Assembly (NCBI GenBank): GCA_004376375.1
Contig: SOJX01000009.1
Span: 17,570 to 81,569 of the forward strand
Reading direction: 5' to 3'
From: Planctomycetota bacterium
Lineage (GTDB): Bacteria > Planctomycetota > E44-bin39
DNA length: 64,000 nucleotides
Numbering within the stretch: the stretch's first letter is position 1; each line of letters opens with the position of its first letter. Under the pieces are notes generated by a model. It ran no database searches. It was not told where the DNA came from and worked only from the letters and a program-made list of their open reading frames with translations. Shown piece by piece: positions 38,501 through 46,071 of this stretch. Made by a program: the position numbers and the translations under genes.

Positions 38501-40921
38501 CGCGACGCGCCCCAGATGAATAAGCAACTCTCCCTTCAGGGGTTTTGAGTTTTTCACCCCCGGTCTGTCCTGCGCTTCCTGAAGGAAGAGTTCGGCTTCG
38601 TCCGCTTTTCCCGACCGCAGGCGAAGAGTAGTATGAAACCACGCAACGGTGGCGGCGTACTCCGGATATTTCCACAGCTCGTCGCTTGAAGCGGCGGTAA
38701 TGCAGTCAAAGACTCTCTCGAGCCTCGCGCGGCGCCAGTAACACTTGGCCAACCAGTCAAGCGCCTCGAACCATCCTTCCGTTCGGCCGGGCAGGCGTTT
38801 CTTGAGCGCTTCGAAAAGCCGGACAGCGGACGATATCACTCCGGTCACCGCTGCATGCTTCGCCCCATCCCAGAGCAGTGGCAGCAGTTCGTCTTCACCG
38901 ACGCCGGCTTTCTCCGCGTGTATCGCGCGCTCTATGAGCTCGGTATTTTTCTTTTTCAGATAAGAATATATCTGTCCGTGCATTGCGCGGCACTGCTCAC
39001 GAGGTATAATACGCAGGACAACTTCACCCAGACGACCGCTCGCGAATGCGTAGTTACCTTCTTCATCGGCCCAGAGCAGTCCACGCGAAAGCAGATGCTT
39101 AACCGCGGCGGCGCATGCGTCGGGCGGTATCGCGGACGCTTCCTGCAGCAGGTCGAATTCGGCGGGGCGTTCGACGCATGCGAGCGCGTCAACGACGACA
39201 CGCTCATCTTCGACCAGCGATTTGATTCTGCGCTGGAGCGCTTCTTCACCTTTTGCCGGCGGTTTCAGGCCGGCAAATGCCGCGGTTGTACGCCATTTCC
39301 CCGCCTCAAAGAAAAGGAGCCCGGTCTCAAAAAGCTGCTGAACGGTCTGCTCTATGATAAGCGGGTTCCCCCCGGCCGCATCAAGCACGGTAGACAGCAC
39401 ATTCGCGGGCAATTCGGAGCCGCCCAGCATGGCGGAAAGCAGTCCTGCCGCGGCTTCCCTGGTAAGCGGAGACAGCGAAACCTGCCCGGCGATTCCCTGT
39501 GCGCTCGAGCGGTCCATATACCCGATCACGGTTTTGGCGGTTTCCACCTCGGTATTGCACGCGCACAGAACAAGCAGAGGCACGTGCTTACCTTCCTGCA
39601 ATCCGAGCCAGAGCACCCGTGCGAGATGTTCGAGAAAGGAAAGGGTGTCTTCGTCAGCATTTTCCAGGTCGTCAATCGAAATAACCAGCGGCCGCAGGGC
39701 CGCTGTTTCCATGAGCAGGAGCGCAATATCGTGCATGACTCTGCCGTGCTTTACCATATCCGGGTCCCGCTCTTCCCCGGCAAGCATGCCCAGAGTTTCC
39801 TCGAACTCATCCAGAGTTTCTTTCGGAAGTGCCTGGATAATATTGCCGATAACTTCCGCAAAGGGACCGTAAGGCCGACGGCGCGAGGCCGAGCATCTGC
39901 ATTTTATGAGCAGGTTGCCTTTCAGTTGGGCAAAGTAGCCTGCTTCGCGCAGAAGGCGGCTTTTTCCGATTCCGGTCTCACCGGTAATAAACCATAGCGA
40001 AGGTTTGCCCGGACCCTCCCTGAGTGAATCCATCAGGGCCCTGAAATGGTCCAGCTCTTCCTCTCTTCCGATAAAACCGCCGCCGAGAAGATATGCAAGC
40101 GCTGTCTCGACCGTCTCCTCTTCCAGTGAAATATCCATGGCCTGGGAGAGCGCGCGATTGACCTCGTTGGCCGTATAATATCTCAAGCCGGGCTCGCGCT
40201 CGAGGAGGCGCAGGACAATACGCTCCAGCTCGACCGGGACATCTATTTTGAATTTACGCGGCGGCTCGGGCTCCGTCGCGGCCTGCAATCTGAGCACCTC
40301 GAGAATTGAATCGTCCTCGTACGGGCGCTTGCCCGCAATGGCTTCATAAAAGACGACGCCCAGCGAATACAGATCGGAGCGCGGATCGCCGAGCTCTCCG
40401 CGGACGACTTCAGGTGCGGCATAGCCTATCGTCCCGCGCATCGAGCCCGATATCGGCGTTTCGGTAGTCGCAAGGCCGAAGTCGATCAGCCTCGCGACCC
40501 GGTTCGTATCGACTATGATGTTGCCGGGCTTGACATCGTAATGAATTATTCCGCGGGAATGTATATGCTGAAGTGCGCGAAAGACCTGAGCGAAAAGACG
40601 GGACCCGTCTGCGAAGTCGAGACCTTTGCACATCTCAACGATATTACTTCCTTCGATGTACTCGGAAGTGTAGAACCACAGGCCGGATTTCTCGTCAAGG
40701 CCGAAATCGTAAACCCGCGCGATATTCGGGTGACGGATTTTGGTGAGGGTCGAAAACTCGTGCCGCATGAGCTCGAGGTGCCGCGTGCCCGGCGTCTCGA
40801 GCAGCTTCAGCGCAAGAAGTCTTTTGTCTTCAAGCCTGTCCCTTACCAGATAAACCTTCCCCGCAGCTCCCTTGCCGAGAAGCTTTTCAACTTTATAACG
40901 GTTTGCGACAACTTTTGGCAA
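35588..40921 (-). CDS. Multidomain regulator: Ser/Thr protein kinase / STAND-type P-loop NTPase / TPR repeats / GAF / sigma-54-interaction AAA+ / Fis-type HTH
   Basis: 1777 aa. Kinase motifs GKGAAGKVY, LALKLL, HYDVKPGNI, DFGLA, GTIGYAAPE. P-loop GETGIGKSRLL. Long TPR-like region. Sigma-54 AAA+ motifs GETGTGKELVAKALH, ELFGHVKGAFTGA, GGTLFLDEI. C-terminal HTH LAKLLGVSRQQIFKKRKEWGI. Confidence 0.85.
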   Translation of the reverse strand: MPKVVANRYKVEKLLGKGAAGKVYLVRDRLEDKRLLALKLLETPGTRHLELMRHEFSTLTKIRHPNIARVYDFGLDEKSGLWFYTSEYIEGSNIVEMCKGLDFADGSRLFAQVFRALQHIHSRGIIHYDVKPGNIIVDTNRVARLIDFGLATTETPISGSMRGTIGYAAPEVVRGELGDPRSDLYSLGVVFYEAIAGKRPYEDDSILEVLRLQAATEPEPPRKFKIDVPVELERIVLRLLEREPGLRYYTANEVNRALSQAMDISLEEETVETALAYLLGGGFIGREEELDHFRALMDSLREGPGKPSLWFITGETGIGKSRLLREAGYFAQLKGNLLIKCRCSASRRRPYGPFAEVIGNIIQALPKETLDEFEETLGMLAGEERDPDMVKHGRVMHDIALLLMETAALRPLVISIDDLENADEDTLSFLEHLARVLWLGLQEGKHVPLLVLCACNTEVETAKTVIGYMDRSSAQGIAGQVSLSPLTREAAAGLLSAMLGGSELPANVLSTVLDAAGGNPLIIEQTVQQLFETGLLFFEAGKWRTTAAFAGLKPPAKGEEALQRRIKSLVEDERVVVDALACVERPAEFDLLQEASAIPPDACAAAVKHLLSRGLLWADEEGNYAFASGRLGEVVLRIIPREQCRAMHGQIYSYLKKKNTELIERAIHAEKAGVGEDELLPLLWDGAKHAAVTGVISSAVRLFEALKKRLPGRTEGWFEALDWLAKCYWRRARLERVFDCITAASSDELWKYPEYAATVAWFHTTLRLRSGKADEAELFLQEAQDRPGVKNSKPLKGELLIHLGRVAGHKGEPEKARKLLSEARDIFKSLKDKEKINTIDSHLASSDYGRGKYADAVKRANRILRRKSAKDHFERMHVLLAGIDLEKGKPEKALVHYYIALDAYEKRGNLMGVAYTQGNIGNVLKDFGQYDEALDAYTAAKRFFEISGDEVSIGAVMINIGDVHLASGRTREALSSFEQASEVAGKTASSTLKRHCPISLGTVCTVLGRTADALAYFEEALQIARKAGITPLETTVLNLRAEALAFLCGDFEAAERDLSESRELAGPQSPARLGEALALSARHAMITGDIKRARRLIEQAQELKITGQVGWGIELAGAGVLITTGRIPAAQKILARLENEKLSMAAGIETTILKARCSLRIGKAGKAREIAAEALKTAYRTDNIALVFEAALTAALAASTQDNLELAAGHFNEAENAYKLIADVLPEGYDRQQLRESPFFSPLDDVDPFRKGPPGKEKITEFPEEDFTLDQQVLDIHGVYDSHVARREMALLEMIARLAATELDVEKLLDLALAMVLDTIQAERGFIILVDEGAGLKHLSVRNIRDREITSPEYQTSHTMVGEVINSGQSRLVANVNMDESLRDAKSVVDLSLCSVLCVPIKSEGRTMGVVYLDTTSLARSFTEADLHFVEALAERIAPIISNAVEQEKMRTRLSSLQKEVRTRYAYTSIVGQSKPMRELFSLLDSVTDTDLTAYIYGETGTGKELVAKALHYNSSRKEGPFVSINCGAMTESLLEGELFGHVKGAFTGAGSDKTGLIESADGGTLFLDEIASMPLGMQVKLLRVIEEREVRRIGTAMPIPIDIRLVCSTNMPLEKLVEQGAFREDLFYRLNVVRIELPPLRERREDIPLLVKHILNELAGDLDVPEKPLESEALAKMSGYNYPGNVRQLRNILQQAFVMAGNRITTGDIVKVMSSREHQPEPESIISRKLSLENYMKEFILAHQHNHNETQLAKLLGVSRQQIFKKRKEWGIQRPR

Positions 40922-41242
40922 AGTAACCTCACAGGCTCCAAAGCAAAGTACATTCTATCATCACCAGATTCAAGCCAAAAAATTCTCGCGTACTGGGGGG
41001 GGTCTTTCTTTCCGCGTAGATGTGTTTCGGGAAAAACTATTTCTGATAACTATAAACCATGTTGTGTGATAACAAACGTAACATCCCGCCTGCATTATCG
41101 CCTTGTTACCCCGGCCATCGCAGGGGTTCTCTCTTGCGTCACCCTTGCGCACACAGGTTTCTCTGAACTGCTTCGGATTGCTTTGAACTGCATATTCGAG
41201 GAGGGTGGGTGAAAAATAAAAGGAACAGCCTGTTACAGAGCA

Positions 41243-41328
41243 CTGCATAAACAGGTTGACATCCGGCCCCACCGAACCCCGGGAAAATGGAAGGGCGTTT
41301 TTAACCGCGTGTCAACCTGTTTATGCAG
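41243..41328. repeat. perfect 19-bp inverted repeat pair (CTGCATAAACAGGTTGACA ... TGTCAACCTGTTTATGCAG) separated by 48 bp
   Basis: Seen directly, about 320-400 bp upstream of the sigma-54 activator start. Contains the GTCAAC/TGTTTAT core shared with the 35.5-kb UAS sites. Confidence 0.6.
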
Positions 41329-41457
41329 GATTCTTTAGTTGCCGTGTCTATGCGTTTTCTTTTCCCTTCGAGCCGTATCTCCCATTTTCATTTGAATTTC
41401 CCCAATCCTCGCATATAATTCATCTATAAGGAAGTAAACCTAGAAATTATCCTTACT

Positions 41458-41520
41458 ATGTCCCCGAAATACAATGTCCCCGAAATACACATGTCCCCGA
41501 AATACACCCCGGAATACACC
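41458..41520. repeat. tandem direct repeat, about 3.7 copies of a 16-17-bp unit ATGTCCCCGAAATACA(C)
   Basis: Seen directly. Sits exactly where homology between the two GT-like paralog loci ends. Confidence 0.75.
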
Positions 41521-41710
41521 GTTCTTCAAAGGTATTTCTCAATTTTTCTCATTATTTTTTTGAAATGTTTTTCGAACCGGAGATGCTCTTCGAATGTTTT
41601 ATAAGCCATTTCAGAATATTGCCCGTAATTGCTTTCGATTTTCCGTAAAGCACTTCCTGTTTCGGATGCGGTCTCGACACAAACGCCACATCCCGTTTTT
41701 TGCACAAACT
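41519..41710. repeat. about 190-bp segment roughly 93-95% identical to 46065..46260 (3' ends of paralogous genes, same orientation)
   Basis: Direct comparison of the two loci: near-identity through the last 60 or so codons, then decay to about 70%. Confidence 0.7.
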
Positions 41711-42824
41711 CTCCCAGCGTCGTTTCGTTGTTAACAATCACAGGCAGCCCTGACCTCAGGGCATAAGCGACTTTGCCGGAAGACAAGCCGATTACCTTGA
41801 TATTACTCCATCCACTGCGTCTTGAGCGGACAGGCTTATAAAAAGCTATAATCGCATCCGCGCTTGAAATAAGCTGATCAAATAATTTTCTGGAAGCCGG
41901 TTTTTCAGAAAAGATTACTCTTGAATTTCCTTCAGCAATATCTTTAAGATATTCCCATCGATATTTGTTTTCCTCTCCCATTTTATTAGCATGAAAGTGT
42001 GTATGGATTACCAGGACCCAATTGGCGGGCCATTTCCTCGAAGCCGGAATGATATCCTCAAGCATCGTCCATTCGCTTAAACCCCCGGCATGAAGCAGGA
42101 TTTTTTTTCTTTTGTCAATGTCAAGCATTTCGTGCCAGAAATTGAATCTTTTCTTCATCAAAGGCCCGCCAGGCGAGTTGGGGAGGTATTGGAGCTTATG
42201 GATGGGGATTAAATTATCCTGCGCAAACAGATCACCTCTTTCCTTGTCCTGTATAATTACAAAACGCGCTCTCCTGCTGTAGGTTTTTTCGATATTTTTA
42301 AATAGCTTCTCTCTCGGCTCCGTGATTTCTCCAGACAGCAGCAATTCCAGGGAAATATATATAAAGGGTATGCCAAGAATGCGATACAGCGCCGAAGACC
42401 TGTATGCTATATCTTTCATTGGCAAAATTCCTTCAGGTTCAATAACGATAAATAAAGAATATGGCTTTTTCTTCCAAAGCCTATACAAGCACATTTGCTC
42501 AGAATTTCTGCTGATAAAATCCTGGATTTTTATTAGCCACCGTTTGAGCTTGTTGGAAAATGGTATTGCAGGTTCCTTATTTGTTTTTGTCAGCTTTTTC
42601 TTATCATTATTCTGTCGAATTTCAAAATATCGCACCTTATTTGCATCGAAATCGGGAGATACTGCAAAAGGCGTTTTAATTGAATATATGTCAACAGAAT
42701 ATCCTTCTTTTGCCAGATAATCAATCATGCAATGAAGCGTAGGTACCGAATCAAGGTAAGCATGTGGACATATAATACATATTTGTCTTATACTCAACGG
42801 TATATCCTCAGCAAATATTTTCAA
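41526..42824 (-). CDS. putative GT-B-fold glycosyltransferase-like protein, paralog A
   Basis: 432 aa. C-terminal GLSSGKVAYALRSGLPVIVNNETTLGEFV resembles GT1/GT4 nucleotide-sugar binding regions. C-terminal 60 aa nearly identical to the protein at 46072..47343. Confidence 0.45.
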   Translation of the reverse strand: MKIFAEDIPLSIRQICIICPHAYLDSVPTLHCMIDYLAKEGYSVDIYSIKTPFAVSPDFDANKVRYFEIRQNNDKKKLTKTNKEPAIPFSNKLKRWLIKIQDFISRNSEQMCLYRLWKKKPYSLFIVIEPEGILPMKDIAYRSSALYRILGIPFIYISLELLLSGEITEPREKLFKNIEKTYSRRARFVIIQDKERGDLFAQDNLIPIHKLQYLPNSPGGPLMKKRFNFWHEMLDIDKRKKILLHAGGLSEWTMLEDIIPASRKWPANWVLVIHTHFHANKMGEENKYRWEYLKDIAEGNSRVIFSEKPASRKLFDQLISSADAIIAFYKPVRSRRSGWSNIKVIGLSSGKVAYALRSGLPVIVNNETTLGEFVQKTGCGVCVETASETGSALRKIESNYGQYSEMAYKTFEEHLRFEKHFKKIMRKIEKYL

Positions 42825-43178
42825 CCGTTTTTAAAATCTAGCAATATATAATGAAATTGTCAATAGATATTCCCCGGAGGCATTTGCGCTGTAGGGTTTG
42901 GCGGCCGTGGCGAGCGGCAGGAGTTTACCGCTGGAGGCGCCAAGACCTCTGTAAAAACCACGAATTCATGTGCCGGGCATCTCAATCCGCTGATTGTACC
43001 GTCAATTGCCTCCGTAGATGAACGAATTGAGAAATGTCCTTGCCAAACGCGGGTTGGAAAGTTAAAATCATACACGCCAGAAGATTACAGGAAGCTGCTG
43101 TTTGCCATGATTGATGAAGCAAAGGAATTGGTGCTGCATAAGTAGAAGGGCAATTCCTCGGAACACGGAGAGCCAGGC

Positions 43179-43586
43179 ATGGATCATGTGGAAAAAATAA
43201 CCCACGACGAAAAAGTATTGGCCCTTATAGTCCGGAAGGAGTTCCGCCCGGAAAAAACCACCTTCCTCACTCCGGAAAGTTTCAACATACAATTGGGGTT
43301 TGTGATATATCCTGAAAACGGCGAGATCACGCCCCATGCACATAAGCCCCTCAAGAGAGAAATCATCGGCACTGCAGAAGTTCTAATCGTCCAGAAGGGT
43401 AAGTGCATTGTCGACATTTACACTAACCAGGGCGAACCGGTAGCCAGCAGCACCCTGGCTCAGGGAGACATACTTTTTCTGGTTGACGGCGGCCATGGTT
43501 TCAGGATGTTAGAGGATACCGTTCTCCTTGAAGTTAAACAGGGGCCGTACATCGGCCTGGACGAGAAAGAGCGATTCCGGAAATGA
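43179..43586 (+). CDS. cupin-fold protein, candidate NDP-hexose 3,4-ketoisomerase (Tyl1a/FdtA-like)
   Basis: 135 aa, beta-rich, with His residues (HAHKP). Sits immediately before a DegT aminotransferase and a TylM1-like methyltransferase; 4-nt overlap. Confidence 0.45.
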   Translation: MDHVEKITHDEKVLALIVRKEFRPEKTTFLTPESFNIQLGFVIYPENGEITPHAHKPLKREIIGTAEVLIVQKGKCIVDIYTNQGEPVASSTLAQGDILFLVDGGHGFRMLEDTVLLEVKQGPYIGLDEKERFRK

Positions 43587-44713
43587 TTCCCGTAAACGAA
43601 CCGCTTTTCGGAGAGAAAGAACTTGCGTACGTGACAGATTGCGTCCGTACGGGCTGGGTTTCTTCTGCCGGGAAGTACATCAACGAGTTTGAGGAAAAGT
43701 GGTCTGCCTATTGCGGAAGAAAATACGGAGTTGCAGTGGCAAACGGCACGGTAGCGCTTCAGCTTGCAGTGGCTGCGCTTGAACTGGAGTCGGGGAGCGA
43801 GATTATTATGCCGAGCTTTACGATAATCTCCTGCGCTGCCGCAGCCATCTACAACAATTGCATTCCCGTGTTTGCCGACTGTGATCCTGAGACATGGTGC
43901 ATAACGGTCGATGAAATAGTGCCTGGAATAACAGAAAAAACGCGTGCAATAATGCCTGTTCATATTTACGGCCACCCGGCTGAAATGGACCCGATAATTA
44001 ACGTAGCCAAAAAGCACGGACTGGCCGTGATAGAAGATGCGGCAGAAGCACACGGTGCGGAATATCTATCGAATTGCGGCGGTAAGGAAACCTGGAAACG
44101 GTGCGGCAGCTTTGGAGATGTTAGCTGTTTCAGTTTCTACGCCAATAAGCTCGTTACAACCGGCGAAGGCGGAATGTTAGTCACAGATAACGGGCAACTT
44201 GCAGAGCGAGCAAGGCTATTACGTAATCTTGCTTTCGAGCCTGACCGCAGGTTTCATCACGCTGAATTGGGATTCAATTTCCGCTTTACAAATATTCAGG
44301 CTGCTCTCGGCCTTGCACAGGTAGAGCGGATGGATGAAATTATTGAGCGGAAACGCCGAATGGCAAATTATTACTCCAACAACCTGGCCGGGATCGATGG
44401 CCTTCAACTCCCTGTCGAAAGGGATTGGGCAAGAAGCGTTTACTGGATGTATGGGATCGTTATCCATGAAGATACCGGAATGAACGCTGCTCAATTTGCG
44501 GCAAAACTGAAGGAGCGCGAAGTCGATACTCGCCCATTCTTTCTGGGGTTGCATGCCCAGCCTGCCTTGAAAAGTTATATGAATTTTACTGAAAACGACT
44601 TTCCAGTTACAAACCGAATTGCCCGCCAGGGTCTTTACCTGCCTTCGGGGCTCGCCCTCACCGAAGAGCAGCAGGCAGTCGTCTGCAAAGCTGTCCGAGA
44701 GGTTCTGAGTTGA
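43583..44713 (+). CDS. DegT/DnrJ/EryC1/StrS-family PLP-dependent sugar aminotransferase
   Basis: 376 aa. GRKYGVAVANGTVALQLA, and SFYANKLVTTGEGGMLVTDN carrying the PLP Lys. Confidence 0.8.
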   Translation: MIPVNEPLFGEKELAYVTDCVRTGWVSSAGKYINEFEEKWSAYCGRKYGVAVANGTVALQLAVAALELESGSEIIMPSFTIISCAAAAIYNNCIPVFADCDPETWCITVDEIVPGITEKTRAIMPVHIYGHPAEMDPIINVAKKHGLAVIEDAAEAHGAEYLSNCGGKETWKRCGSFGDVSCFSFYANKLVTTGEGGMLVTDNGQLAERARLLRNLAFEPDRRFHHAELGFNFRFTNIQAALGLAQVERMDEIIERKRRMANYYSNNLAGIDGLQLPVERDWARSVYWMYGIVIHEDTGMNAAQFAAKLKEREVDTRPFFLGLHAQPALKSYMNFTENDFPVTNRIARQGLYLPSGLALTEEQQAVVCKAVREVLS

Positions 44714-45483
44714 AAGAAGCCTTTGGAAAAACATATTCAGAGGCATACGACGCTTTTTACAGAGAAAAGGATTACGGTGCCGAATGCGACCTTATTCAAC
44801 TGATTTTCAATAAATATGGTCAGGGCAAAATCACACGAGTTCTTGACCTGGGGTCCGGCACGGGAAATCACGCCTGTCACCTGGCAGCACGAGGATACAG
44901 GGTAACCGGGGTAGATGCCTCCGAGCACATGCTGAATTATGCCCGGGAAAAATGTGCCGCTACCGATCAGAAAAACCCGCCGGAGTTTCACCAGGGCGAC
45001 ATACGGTCAGTCAAACTCGGGGAAAAGTATGGCGCCGTTTTGATGATGTTTGCCGTGCTTGGTTACCAGGTTACCGACGCGGATGTCCTTGCCGCTTTAA
45101 AAACTGCAAGAAATCATACGGATGCAGGCGGACTTCTCGTTTTTGACACATGGTATGGTCCGGCCGTCCTCAATGAAAAGCCGGGCAGGCGCGTATTAAA
45201 GATCCCGACCGGCGATGGTTATTGTTTGAGAACGGGTGAAGGTACTTTGAATGTCGAGCAGCATATTTGCACGGTAAATTATCATTTGCAGTATTTTACC
45301 GAAGACAAGATGATTTCCGAATCCCGGGAAACGCATCTGATGCGCTATTTTTTCGGGGATGAGGTCAAGTTATTCCTCCGGGAAGCAGGTTTCTCGTTTT
45401 TGCGGATGGGCGCATTTCCGGATTTTGACAAGGAACCAAGTGAGGATACCTGGAATGTAATTACTGTTGCGAAAGCCGAATAA
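44710..45483 (+). CDS. SAM-dependent methyltransferase resembling TylM1/DesVI NDP-3-amino-sugar N,N-dimethyltransferases
   Basis: 257 aa. AYDAFYREKDYGAECDLI, VLDLGSGTGNHA, HQGDIRSVKLGEKYGAVLMMFAVLGY parallel the TylM1 pattern YDLFY..KDYAAEA / LDVACGTG / HQGDMRDF.LGRKFSAV..MFSS.GY as I recall it. Confidence 0.6.
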   Translation: MKEAFGKTYSEAYDAFYREKDYGAECDLIQLIFNKYGQGKITRVLDLGSGTGNHACHLAARGYRVTGVDASEHMLNYAREKCAATDQKNPPEFHQGDIRSVKLGEKYGAVLMMFAVLGYQVTDADVLAALKTARNHTDAGGLLVFDTWYGPAVLNEKPGRRVLKIPTGDGYCLRTGEGTLNVEQHICTVNYHLQYFTEDKMISESRETHLMRYFFGDEVKLFLREAGFSFLRMGAFPDFDKEPSEDTWNVITVAKAE

Positions 45484-46071
45484 AATGGCAGATCAGAATG
45501 CCCGTTGCCGTTATTTATTATGCACTCTTGGCAGGCAAATTGGGAGCGAAGTACGAAACGATTACCGAAGTTGAAGAGCACGCCGCGGACACATACGTCG
45601 CATAGGTTCCGCCACATAACGATAAAAAAAGGAGCGGCCGCGCTCTCACGGCTGGGCCTGTTTCCCGGCCGGCAGCGAAGGGTTTGTTGGCAAGTTGGAG
45701 AAGCTTTTCAGCACAAGACTCCGTCCCGAATGCGCGCGTACGGGCCGGTCCTAGAGACTGGCGGTTATGCGGTTTGAAAGAATCGCATCTTTTGCCGCGA
45801 TTATGTATGGGCGGCGGGCACGCGAATTATACAATGCACGGGCCGATTGAGGAGTAATTCGGTCACGGTGCGAATGGGTGTCTGTATCGTCAGTAAGCTT
45901 CCACCCTTTTTTGCTTCTGGCCATCTTTCACCCCCTCCTGACAGCCAGTTAAGCAAATCTAACTCCTGATTAAAAGCCAATTTATAAAAATTCTTAGGTT
46001 ATGAAATGGTTTCTAGTATTCAAAAGGTGATCTATTAAAAAATGACTGGGCTCTCTAACCGTTATTGTTCT

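Noticed and set aside
36087-39997. Large antisense ORFs (382, 380, 178 aa) inside the 1777-aa regulator gene
   Set aside because: The sense frame carries kinase and sigma-54 motifs along its whole length. The antisense frames are Arg/Gly-rich artefacts of high GC.
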